A DNA stretch of 64,000 bases, taken from positions 2,629 to 66,628 of the forward strand of contig JAUMAA010000004.1 in the NCBI GenBank assembly GCA_032117075.1. Reading direction: 5' to 3'. Positions 9,769-18,511 of the stretch are shown here, piece by piece (within the stretch, counting starts at the first letter, position 1; every line of letters begins with the position of its first letter). Under the pieces are notes generated by a model, which did not search any database, was not told the origin of the DNA, and worked only from the letters and a program-made list of their open reading frames with translations. The DNA comes from Patescibacteria group bacterium. Lineage in GTDB: Bacteria; Patescibacteriota; WWE3; UBA101185; UBA10185. A program made the translations under genes and the position numbers.

Positions 9769-10191
9769 ATGAAAAGAATTTTAAGATACTTATTTTTTAG
9801 TGTTATATGTTTTTACTTTACTCAATTAGTTTATTTCCCCTTTAAATTATCTGAGAATCTAAGTGTGTTTTACTTACTAGCTATAATTTCAGTAGTTACT
9901 TTATTTTCTAGAACTTTTTTTAGGATTATAAAATTTCCTCACTCAGGAGTAGGTTTTTTATTTTTAAATATAATTGTTCATAGTTTAGGTCTATATTTAG
10001 GTCAGGTGTTTTTAAATAAATATAAGGTTTTAAGTTTAAATTTCCCAAAATATGACCTTTTTGGTATAATAGAAACACCTGTTGTGTACACTAACATTTA
10101 CACATCGATAGTATTATTTTCAACCATATACTGCCTTTTGTTTGGATTTTTATACTTTATAAGTTGGACTAAGGAAAAAAATGGACATTAA
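9769..10191 (+). CDS. Hypothetical small multi-pass membrane protein
   Basis: 140-aa ORF with about 4 predicted hydrophobic helices. No motif recognised. Confidence 0.35.
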   Translation: MKRILRYLFFSVICFYFTQLVYFPFKLSENLSVFYLLAIISVVTLFSRTFFRIIKFPHSGVGFLFLNIIVHSLGLYLGQVFLNKYKVLSLNFPKYDLFGIIETPVVYTNIYTSIVLFSTIYCLLFGFLYFISWTKEKNGH

Positions 10192-10405
10192 TTTACTAAA
10201 AACTATACAAATTGTTACTTCTATCTTTTTAATTGTGCTTATATTAGTGCAAACAAAATCAAATAACTTCTCATCTTCCTTATCCAGTAGATTTTCATTC
10301 CAAAGAACTAAAAGAGGTTTAGAAAATTTTGTTTTTTATCTCACAATCTTTTTATCAATAGGATTTTCTGTTAATACAGTAATTTTGGTTTTATTAAATA
10401 AGTAA
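10181..10405 (+). CDS. secG: SecG-like preprotein translocase subunit
   Basis: 74-aa ORF with two TM helices flanking the SecG-like pattern ILVQTKSNNFSS ... FQRTKRGLENF, as in Gram-positive SecG. Confidence 0.5.
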   Translation: MDINLLKTIQIVTSIFLIVLILVQTKSNNFSSSLSSRFSFQRTKRGLENFVFYLTIFLSIGFSVNTVILVLLNK

Positions 10406-11673
10406 TGTCATCAATTCACATCACAGGAAATAAACCGCTTCAAGGAGAAATTGAAGTTTCAGGTTCAGTTAATTCTGCACTCAAAATAATTATTTCATCT
10501 TTATTCTCTACCGAAGATGTTTACTTATCTAATGTTCCTAATGTTGAATTTATCCAAACAGAATTGCAAATTGTAAAAGAGCTCGGTGGGGAATATGAAT
10601 GGCTTTCAAAGAATTTTTTAAAAATTAATAATTCAAAATTATTTAATTCTAAAATCCCATTAATATTAGGAAAAGATTTATACACCTCTTTTTTATTTGC
10701 AGGCCCTCTCTTATATAGGTTCGGTGAGGCTCAAATTCCACTACCATCGTCAGGCATAGATTCCATAATGAGATTTATTTCTACATGGTCAATGTTGAAC
10801 ATTGAAATTAATTACGATAGGGAATTCGTTTATCTTAGGTCTGACAATGCTAAATCAGGAAGAATAGAATTAGATCGTGCTTCTCAAATGGATACAGCCA
10901 ATGCCCTACTATCATCTATTGCTTTAAATGGAACTACCACCGTCATTAATACCTCTGAGGATTATGAGATTAACGATTTAATAAATTTTTTGAATGCAAT
11001 CGGAGGAGAGTTAGTTAAGGACAGCAAAAAAGTTATTACAGTAATAGGAAAAGATCATTTTAGATCAACAAATTTTTCATGTGTCTCTGAAAGTTCGGAA
11101 GCCGTATTTTTTTCTATACTTTCTTTAGTAACAAATGGAAATATTTTAATAAAAAATATTGAAAAGAAAAACTTATCCTTTTTTGTTTCTCTTCTTAATA
11201 AAATTGGTGCTAATTATGAATTTTTTGGAGAAGATTCCCTTAGAGTATGGAGAAAAGGTGAAAAATACCCTGCATTCGAGCTTGATTTGAATAACTATTC
11301 CTCAAATACTTCAAATTACTTACCGTATTTAATTTTTTTGGCCCTCAAATGTGAAGGTACTAGCAAATTTACCAGCGAGTCCTTTAAAGATAAATTTAAT
11401 TACATTTTCTGGTTAAATAAATTTAATGCGAAAATTAAGATGTACGATACTGGAAATGACTTTGAGTCCTGCGAAATATATGTTAACGGTGTAACTGATT
11501 TAAAAGTGGTTGATTATGAGATTACAAGTTTTGTTAACTCCCCAATAATTCTTCTTTCAGCACTTACTAATGGAGAGGAGACTGAAATTTCCAATTATGA
11601 GAAATTAGAATACCAATTTGAGAATTTGATTCAAAAAGTTGTAGAATTAGGTGGTCAGGTAAAATATGATTGA
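10405..11673 (+). CDS. MurA-fold (EPSP-synthase fold) protein lacking the catalytic residues of UDP-GlcNAc enolpyruvyl transferase. Likely pseudoenzyme or divergent paralog.
   Basis: 422-aa ORF. The N-terminus aligns with MurA (GNKPLQGEIEVSGSVNSALKII vs [22 protein letters not shown]). The active-site loop region AGPLLYRFGEAQIPLPSSGIDSIMRFI aligns to MurA [27 protein letters not shown], but Cys115 is Gly and Arg120 is Met. No counterpart of Asp305/Arg397 is evident. Confidence 0.55.
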   Translation: MSSIHITGNKPLQGEIEVSGSVNSALKIIISSLFSTEDVYLSNVPNVEFIQTELQIVKELGGEYEWLSKNFLKINNSKLFNSKIPLILGKDLYTSFLFAGPLLYRFGEAQIPLPSSGIDSIMRFISTWSMLNIEINYDREFVYLRSDNAKSGRIELDRASQMDTANALLSSIALNGTTTVINTSEDYEINDLINFLNAIGGELVKDSKKVITVIGKDHFRSTNFSCVSESSEAVFFSILSLVTNGNILIKNIEKKNLSFFVSLLNKIGANYEFFGEDSLRVWRKGEKYPAFELDLNNYSSNTSNYLPYLIFLALKCEGTSKFTSESFKDKFNYIFWLNKFNAKIKMYDTGNDFESCEIYVNGVTDLKVVDYEITSFVNSPIILLSALTNGEETEISNYEKLEYQFENLIQKVVELGGQVKYD

Positions 11674-12748
11674 TAACTTATTAATACTTTTTTTTAGTTT
11701 AACTATATCGGCTATTCTTTACCCTTTATATATAAATTTTCTTTATAGATATCAGATAGGTGAGGAAATTAGAGAGGATGGTCCAAAAACTCACTATACT
11801 AAAAAAGGAACCCCTACCATGGGCGGATTAGTAATTTTAATTGTAGTAACTTTTGTAACTATATTATTTAATTTTAATAGGGACCAAACTATCTTTCCTC
11901 TTTTTGTTATTTCATTAGCAGGTCTTTTTGGAATTATTGAAGATCTGACTAAAATTTCCCAGAAAATGGGGTACGAGCTTTTTAAATTTTCTTCTAGTAA
12001 TAACTCAATTATTGTTTTCATTAAAAAAGTTTTAAATTTCATCTTTGGAAAACCCGCATATTTATTTGTAGAGTTTTGGAGAATACTAGGTTCTAAAACT
12101 GAGACCGGTTTACAATCCCATCAGAAATTTTTGATACAAGCTGGAATAGCCTCATTCGTTTCTTACTGGACCTATTTTAAACTTGGATGGGATTATATTT
12201 GGTTCCCGTTTTTAGGTGAGGTTCAGATTGGATTTTGGTACCCTATCGTAATTTTTCTACTCTTTTTCCTAGTTCTTAATTCAGTAAACATAACTGATGG
12301 TTTAGATGGACTTGTAGGAGGTCTTTCCTTAATCTCTTTTTCTTGTTTTTGGGTTATTTGTACTTTACTTGAATTTAAATCCTTAGCTACTTTTTGTGCA
12401 AGTTTAATTGGTACTTTATTGGTTTTTTTATATTTCAATGTTTTTCCAGCAAGAGTTTTTATGGGAAATGTTGGAAGTCATATTTTAGGAGCAGCTTTAG
12501 CATTAATACCAATTTTAATTCACAGAGAAATTTTAATATTTGTAATTTATCTAGTATTTTTAGTAGATGGTCTTTCTTCCCCAATCCAATCAACTTTCTA
12601 TAAATTAACAAAAAAAAGAATTTTTTTAATGGCCCCTCTTCACCACCACTTCGAACTACTAGGATGGCCAGAAACCAAAGTCACTCTAAGATTTTGGATA
12701 TTTGGAATCATCTGTGGTCTTCTCGGAATCTTGATTGCTATATTATAA
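11666..12748 (+). CDS. mraY: Phospho-N-acetylmuramoyl-pentapeptide transferase (MraY)
   Basis: 360-aa polytopic ORF with NITDGLDGL and HHHFELLGW motifs. An approximately 60-aa insertion in a cytoplasmic loop. Confidence 0.9.
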   Translation: MIDNLLILFFSLTISAILYPLYINFLYRYQIGEEIREDGPKTHYTKKGTPTMGGLVILIVVTFVTILFNFNRDQTIFPLFVISLAGLFGIIEDLTKISQKMGYELFKFSSSNNSIIVFIKKVLNFIFGKPAYLFVEFWRILGSKTETGLQSHQKFLIQAGIASFVSYWTYFKLGWDYIWFPFLGEVQIGFWYPIVIFLLFFLVLNSVNITDGLDGLVGGLSLISFSCFWVICTLLEFKSLATFCASLIGTLLVFLYFNVFPARVFMGNVGSHILGAALALIPILIHREILIFVIYLVFLVDGLSSPIQSTFYKLTKKRIFLMAPLHHHFELLGWPETKVTLRFWIFGIICGLLGILIAIL

Positions 12749-12757
12749 TAATTCTTA

Positions 12758-13927
12758 ATGTCTAAATTTTTTGCAACTTTCAAAGAAATAGAATCAAATA
12801 TACTTTTTAAATTAATATTACTTCTGATAGTAATAAGTATTTATTTTATGTTTAGTTCCACAGTTATTCTTTCCTTAGACTTGTATGGAAATCCTTACAG
12901 GTTCGGTGTGATGCATTTTATTTGGATTTTGATAGGGTACTTGTTTTTAAATATTGCATTTAAAGTTGATTTACAAATTCTAAAAAAATATTCCTTTATT
13001 CTATATTTTATGGCATTTACTTTTTTGTCGATTCTAGCTATTTCTAAAATTTTTAATTGTGAGAATGCTTTTTCTTTTGCTCCTTGTAATAAAGGGGCTA
13101 TTAGATGGTTTGTTTTAAATCCTAAACCTCTACCTGAAATACCTTTTGTTGGTCAGATAACATTTCAACCTTCTGAATTAGCCAAATTATCCTTAGTAGT
13201 TTTACTCTCATATATCTTTTCTTCCTCAAAATTTCATATAGATGAAAAAATTACCAAAGCCTCCTTGTTTGCAATACCGATGATTTTACTTGTTTTCTTT
13301 CAACCAAATAAATCAACTGCTCTAATTCTTTTTATAATTTTTTGTGCCATATTTTATGCTAATGGTGAGAAATTCAAAAAGATGATTTATTTTTTTATCC
13401 CGTTTTCTATAATATTTATCTTCTTTATGTTTACAAATAGCTATTCATATTCAAGATTATCTACTTTTCTTAATACAAATGTTAATGAAAGCGAGAATTA
13501 CCATCAGAAACAGGCACTTATTTCGGTGGGTTCGGGAGGTTTGACTGGGGTAGGTGTTGGAAAGTCTAGGCAAAAATTTTCTTTTCTACCCGAAATTTCT
13601 GCAGATTCCATTTTTGCACTCATTAGCGAAGAAGTAGGTTTTGTTGGAAGCTTTGGTATTATTTTGATATACTTTTCTATTATTTATCAAGGTTTTAAAA
13701 TTTCCATCTATCAAAAGGATCGTTTTAATTTACTACTAGGTGTTGGTATCACTTCTTGGTTGGGTATCCAAGCTATTATCAATTTTTTCTCGATGACAGG
13801 TTTAATTCCCTTAACGGGAATACCTTTACCAATTCTTTCTTATGGAGGTTCCTCTACTATTTTTGTTATGATTGCCTTAGGAATACTTTTAAATTTAAGT
13901 AAAAATGTTTATGGCAAAAAATTCTAA
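12758..13927 (+). CDS. ftsW: SEDS-family peptidoglycan glycosyltransferase, FtsW by dcw context
   Basis: 389-aa polytopic ORF with SEDS motifs (SELAKL, GSGGLTGVGVGKS, PEISADSIFALISEEVGFVGS, LPILSYGGSS) between mraY and murG. Confidence 0.8.
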   Translation: MSKFFATFKEIESNILFKLILLLIVISIYFMFSSTVILSLDLYGNPYRFGVMHFIWILIGYLFLNIAFKVDLQILKKYSFILYFMAFTFLSILAISKIFNCENAFSFAPCNKGAIRWFVLNPKPLPEIPFVGQITFQPSELAKLSLVVLLSYIFSSSKFHIDEKITKASLFAIPMILLVFFQPNKSTALILFIIFCAIFYANGEKFKKMIYFFIPFSIIFIFFMFTNSYSYSRLSTFLNTNVNESENYHQKQALISVGSGGLTGVGVGKSRQKFSFLPEISADSIFALISEEVGFVGSFGIILIYFSIIYQGFKISIYQKDRFNLLLGVGITSWLGIQAIINFFSMTGLIPLTGIPLPILSYGGSSTIFVMIALGILLNLSKNVYGKKF

Positions 13928-15029
13928 TTTTAAGAAAATAACAATTGCTTTTTGTGGAGGTCATCACACTTCTTCTTTGCCTGTAATAGACGAACTCAAG
14001 ACAATGGATCGCTTTAATATTATTTTTATTGGTAGAAAGATGGCATTTAAGGATGATAAAAATGATTCTTTAGAGTATTTAGATATCTCACAAAGAGAGA
14101 TTAAATTTTTTGATTTAAAGACATCTAAATTTTTTAAATCTAATATATTTTCAATTTTTAAAATTATTATAGGATTTTTTCATGCTTTTTATATATTAAT
14201 TAAAGAAGATGTAAAGTTGGTTGTATCCTTTGGTGGTTACATCGCTGTTCCTGTCGTACTCGCTGCTTTTATTCTTAGAAAGAAAATTATAACCCATGAA
14301 CAAACTGTCGTAGTTGGGATGGGTAATAAATTTATCTCTTATTTTGCAGATAGAGTTTTGCTGACTTGGCCATCCTCAATGAAATTTTTTGATAAAAGAA
14401 AATCTTTAGTTATTGGTCTGCCTTTAAGAAAATCTTTTTTTGATTTATCAAGAAATTTATTTCCAATTAAAAACAAATTACCTACTATTTTTATCACTTG
14501 TGGTAAAACAGGTTCTCATAAAATAAATGAATTTATTTTTGAAAATCTTGAATTCTTATTAAAGTATTTTAATTTAATACATCAATCTGGAGATTATTCT
14601 GTAACAAATGATTTTCATAGGTTATCAGAAAAGTATGAAAGAATTAAGTCTGATGTATCTGGACATTATTTCCTAAATAAATTTTTAGATGAGTCTCAAG
14701 TAAACAGTGCTTATAATACTTGTGATTTCATTATTTCTAGATCTGGTGCTCATACGATTTATGAAATTCTTCATTTTAATAAGAAAGCTATTTTGATTCC
14801 AATTCCGTGGGTTTCTCAAAATGAACAATATCTAAATGCCAAGTTAGTGTTTGATGCCGGATTAGGCTTAATTCTAGAAGAAAATGAATTAAATTTAGAT
14901 AATTTTAAAACTTATGTAAAGAAGATTTTAAGTAAAGAATATTCTCTTAAAGATTCTCAAATTAAAGAAATTATTAGTTTAAAGGCAACCCAAAATTTTA
15001 TCAATGAAATCAAGGATATACTCCAATAA
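13905..15029 (+). CDS. murG: UDP-GlcNAc:lipid I GlcNAc transferase (MurG, GT28)
   Basis: 374-aa ORF with MurG-like segments (SFGGYIAVPVVLAA, HEQTVVVGMGNK, SRSGAHTIYEI, QYLNA) and dcw position. Confidence 0.7.
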   Translation: MFMAKNSNFKKITIAFCGGHHTSSLPVIDELKTMDRFNIIFIGRKMAFKDDKNDSLEYLDISQREIKFFDLKTSKFFKSNIFSIFKIIIGFFHAFYILIKEDVKLVVSFGGYIAVPVVLAAFILRKKIITHEQTVVVGMGNKFISYFADRVLLTWPSSMKFFDKRKSLVIGLPLRKSFFDLSRNLFPIKNKLPTIFITCGKTGSHKINEFIFENLEFLLKYFNLIHQSGDYSVTNDFHRLSEKYERIKSDVSGHYFLNKFLDESQVNSAYNTCDFIISRSGAHTIYEILHFNKKAILIPIPWVSQNEQYLNAKLVFDAGLGLILEENELNLDNFKTYVKKILSKEYSLKDSQIKEIISLKATQNFINEIKDILQ

Positions 15030-15702
15030 AAAATTACTTTTGCTAATCGTTCCTGTAGCGGTAGTTCTTATATATTTTATTTCTCTCTTCGAGGTAAACA
15101 TAATGGAATTTACAGGTGATTTAACATACTTGGATACCTCAAATTTAAGAGTAAGTGGTTTAATTTATTTTAAAAATAAGAATTTATTAGTTTCTGATAG
15201 AAATACTTTTATTTCTGAATTGAAGAATCAGAATCCTGAAATTGAACAGATTGATATATCTGCTAAAAATATTTCTACAGCTATTGTTAAAATTAAAAAT
15301 AAAGAAGTTTGTTGTGTAATTAAGGATCTAAATACTAATAAGTATTTGATTGGGGTCGATGGGAAAATTTTGAAAAAGCTATCAAATGATACTAACTATC
15401 CTCATGAAATAAACTTAACCCAGGAGGTTAATGTTGAAAAAACATATTCCATTGATTCTTTAAGGAAGATTGTTGAAATTGAAAATGTACTTCTAAATAA
15501 GGAGATGGAAATTTCAGAAATAATTTTAGATGATCTTAAAATTGAAATGAAACTTACCTCCAATCAGCTGGTTATTTTAGATTCAGAAACTAACATTAAG
15601 GATTTTGTAGAAAAACTCAATACCATGATAAGTTATCTAAAACAGAAAAACCTAAGTTTTAAGAAAATGGATTTTAGATTTGGTAATGTAATTGTTGAGT
15701 AA
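15004..15702 (+). CDS. ftsQ: FtsQ/DivIB-like cell division protein (N-terminal TM plus POTRA-like domain)
   Basis: 232-aa ORF with a single N-terminal TM, then a POTRA-like pattern (ISELKNQNPEIEQIDISAKNISTAIVKIKNKEVCCVI ... YLIGVDGKIL). It sits between murG and ftsA. Confidence 0.5.
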   Translation: MKSRIYSNKKLLLLIVPVAVVLIYFISLFEVNIMEFTGDLTYLDTSNLRVSGLIYFKNKNLLVSDRNTFISELKNQNPEIEQIDISAKNISTAIVKIKNKEVCCVIKDLNTNKYLIGVDGKILKKLSNDTNYPHEINLTQEVNVEKTYSIDSLRKIVEIENVLLNKEMEISEIILDDLKIEMKLTSNQLVILDSETNIKDFVEKLNTMISYLKQKNLSFKKMDFRFGNVIVE

Positions 15703-15745
15703 TATTTTAATTATGAAAAAAATTTGCTAGTATATTAAATATCTT

Positions 15746-16990
15746 ATGGCAAAAGAAAAAACTATTTCGGTAATAGATATCGGATCATCAAAAATTAGTA
15801 GTGCAACTGCAACTATTAGTGAAAACAGGATAAATGTAATAGGTGTTTCTGGTTCATCTGAAAGTAAGGGTGTAAATAGAGGTACCATAATTAATATTGA
15901 TGAAGCTGTCAAAGCAATAGATAGAAGTGTTCAAAAGACAGACAAGATGTCAGGACAATCTATTGAATCAGTTTTTTTATCAATTAATGGTTCTCATATT
16001 GAATCTCAGACTTCTAAGGGACAGGCGGCCATTTTAAATGACAATAACGAGATATCCAGATCGGATGTCGAGAGAACACTTGAAACAGCAAGAGCAGTAA
16101 GTTTACCTAGCAATAGAGAAATTATTCATGTAATTCCTAAAGATTTTAGGGTTGATGGAAACGATGGTATCCACGATCCTGTTGGAATGTACGGAAATAG
16201 GTTAGAGGTTGATACAACAATAGTAAGTGTTTCATCAATGGTATCAAGAAACTTAAGAAAATGTCTATCAACACTTTCTCTCAATGTAAATGAATTGGTC
16301 TATACAGGTATTGCTAGTGGTGAAAGTGTCTTAACAGATTCAGAAAAAGAAATGGGGGTTGCTTTAGTAGATATCGGCGCTACAACAACATCGTTAGTAA
16401 TCTATAACGATAGAGGTGCTACTTATTGCACATCAATTGCTATCGGCGGTAAACATATCACAAATGATATAGCAATCCATTTAAGATGCTCAACAGAGAC
16501 TGCTGAAAAAATAAAAATAAGATTAAGTTCTGAAAGAAGTATCCCAATTACTACTTTTGATAATTCGAGATTTAATGAAACACTTAATCCAGTAGAGTTT
16601 GGATTAGATATGGATCATATTTCAAAAAGAAGTCTATTTAAAATTATTGACGATAGGGTTGAGGAAATTCTAAATTTAATTTTAATTGAGCTTAAAAAAA
16701 CAAACCTAATTAATACTATTCCAGCAGGGGTAGTTATTACAGGCGGGGCTGCAAAAACTGCTGGAATGGAAAGAATGGGTAAGGCGATACTAAAACTTCC
16801 TGTTAAGATTGGTTATCCAAAAGGAGTAGATGGAATGGTTGAGGAGATATCAGATCCTGAATTTGCTGCGACTGTTGGTCTCTTGATTTATGCAAGTAAA
16901 AAATTTAATACAACTAGTGACTTGTCATCTCACAAATTTAATGATAATTTTAGAAACATAATTAGCAAATTAATAAATCTTCTGCCCTAA
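15746..16990 (+). CDS. ftsA: Cell division protein FtsA
   Basis: 414-aa actin-fold ORF with VIDIGSSKIS, VDIGATTTSL, GGAAKTAGM and a C-terminal amphipathic helix. Confidence 0.9.
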   Translation: MAKEKTISVIDIGSSKISSATATISENRINVIGVSGSSESKGVNRGTIINIDEAVKAIDRSVQKTDKMSGQSIESVFLSINGSHIESQTSKGQAAILNDNNEISRSDVERTLETARAVSLPSNREIIHVIPKDFRVDGNDGIHDPVGMYGNRLEVDTTIVSVSSMVSRNLRKCLSTLSLNVNELVYTGIASGESVLTDSEKEMGVALVDIGATTTSLVIYNDRGATYCTSIAIGGKHITNDIAIHLRCSTETAEKIKIRLSSERSIPITTFDNSRFNETLNPVEFGLDMDHISKRSLFKIIDDRVEEILNLILIELKKTNLINTIPAGVVITGGAAKTAGMERMGKAILKLPVKIGYPKGVDGMVEEISDPEFAATVGLLIYASKKFNTTSDLSSHKFNDNFRNIISKLINLLP

Positions 16991-16998
16991 GATTATTT

Positions 16999-18339
16999 AT
17001 GGCAAAACTAAGACCGGAAGTGGACAGCAAAGCAAAAATAAAGGTAATCGGTGTAGGTGGTGGGGGATGTAATGTTCTTGACACCATGATCGAATCAGAA
17101 AAAATAGTTGGTGTAGATTTTGTAGCTATTAATACAGACGAGCAAGCTCTCAATAAAAATAAAGCATTAGTTAAAATCACAATAGGAAGAAATCCAGAAG
17201 GAACACCTAATGGAATTAAACACGGTCTTGGTGCTGGTGCAAAACCAGAAGTGGGACAAAAAGCAGCATTAGAATCGATAGATCAAATTAGAGAACATAT
17301 AAAAGGTGCTGACATGGTTTTCATTAGTGCTGGTATGGGAGGCGGTACAGGAACAGGAGCAGCCCCTGTTGTTGCAAAAATTGCTAAAGAAGAGGGTGCT
17401 CTTACTATCGGTGTTGTAACTAAACCTTTTGAATTTGAAGGAAGAAGAAGAGCTGAAAATGCAGAAATTGGTATCGAAAATATGAGAAAAGAAGTAGATG
17501 CACTAATTATTATCCCAAATGAGAAATTAATTGAATATGCTAAAAATGATTTATCAATGGACGAGGCACTGTTAGTCTCAGATTCTGTACTTTTACAGGG
17601 TGTACAAGGTATTTCAGATTTAATTGTTTTAGATGGAGACATTAATGTTGACTTTGCAGATGTTGAAACTATTATGAAAGATGCCGGCACTGCTTTAATG
17701 GGAATTGGTATCGGAACAGGTGAGAATAAAGCTGAGATGGCAGCAAAGGATGCTATTGAATCCCCTCTACTTGAAGTAAAGATTGACGGAGCAAAAGGTA
17801 TACTAATATATGTAGTTGGTGGACCTGATCTAAAGTTGAACGATGTTAATAAAGCTGCAAAAGTTATTAAGGAAGTTGCTTCTGATGATGTAAATATTAT
17901 TTTTGGTTACTCTAAGGTTGAAGATTTGAAAGATCAAATGAGAGTAACAGTTATTGCAACAGGTTTTGATTCTAATAAATACGATTACAAACCTTCCAAA
18001 CCAATAGTTATAGAAGACTATAAGGGAAGGCCTTACGACTCTCCTATAAATGAAGCTCCGATGACAAGGAGGGGTGTCTCATCATTCACACAGGAAAGTG
18101 ACATTAATCTGATAACTGGAAATGGTTTCTCAAGCCCATCTTCAAGGCCCGTCACTCAGAGCGATAAACAGAGTAGTAATCTAAATGAATTCTTGGGCGG
18201 TAGGCAGGTTGACGATCTTGGTTTTGATCCAAAACAGTTTGAAGAAGAAGATGATGACAACTACGAGATAAAACCAATTCAAACAGATGACGAGGAAGAC
18301 CCATATTTAATCCCACCATTTCTACGAAAAAGAAAATAA
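16999..18339 (+). CDS. ftsZ: Cell division GTPase FtsZ
   Basis: 446-aa ORF with GVGGGGCN, tubulin signature GMGGGTGTGAAPV, a long acidic linker and a conserved C-terminal peptide (YLIPPFLRKRK). Confidence 0.95.
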   Translation: MAKLRPEVDSKAKIKVIGVGGGGCNVLDTMIESEKIVGVDFVAINTDEQALNKNKALVKITIGRNPEGTPNGIKHGLGAGAKPEVGQKAALESIDQIREHIKGADMVFISAGMGGGTGTGAAPVVAKIAKEEGALTIGVVTKPFEFEGRRRAENAEIGIENMRKEVDALIIIPNEKLIEYAKNDLSMDEALLVSDSVLLQGVQGISDLIVLDGDINVDFADVETIMKDAGTALMGIGIGTGENKAEMAAKDAIESPLLEVKIDGAKGILIYVVGGPDLKLNDVNKAAKVIKEVASDDVNIIFGYSKVEDLKDQMRVTVIATGFDSNKYDYKPSKPIVIEDYKGRPYDSPINEAPMTRRGVSSFTQESDINLITGNGFSSPSSRPVTQSDKQSSNLNEFLGGRQVDDLGFDPKQFEEEDDDNYEIKPIQTDDEEDPYLIPPFLRKRK

Positions 18340-18511
18340 TCTCTAGTAATTGATTAAAAATTTTTACCATTAGGCTCTTAAATTTAATTTGCACTATTAA
18401 ATAAAAAATCAATACTTGAAACAAAGATATTTTATAGTTAATTTATACTTAGTAAAAAATTATAAGGGTTTCATTTTTGTTTTATCTTATGCAGTGTGAG
18501 ATAAACCAGAA

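Noticed and set aside
17283-17690. 135-aa minus-strand ORF inside ftsZ. Also similar antisense or alternate-frame ORFs at 283-480, 7971-8162, 8555-8737, 11794-12042, 12223-12438, 12394-12603, 15727-15912, 16962-17180, 18152-18424, 19723-19980, 22129-22347, 24374-24595, 26008-26205, 29835-30041, 30615-30845, 31703-31915, 33261-33506, 36675-36998, 38726-38938, 39340-39660, 40459-40710, 40794-41087, 42170-42439, 42522-42743, 47437-47649, 50192-50374, 50408-50701, 53409-53630, 54005-54205 and 56428-56661
   Set aside because: All are embedded in or antisense to longer ORFs that have clear homology signatures. They are short, low-complexity and lack RBS-like sequences.
18340-18511. Possible cobalamin riboswitch or NrdR box upstream of nrdJ
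   Set aside because: The 172-nt leader is uniformly AT-rich, with no GCCACUG-like B12-box core or paired GC-rich helices. There is only a weak CAGTGTGAGATA half-site and no full NrdR palindrome.
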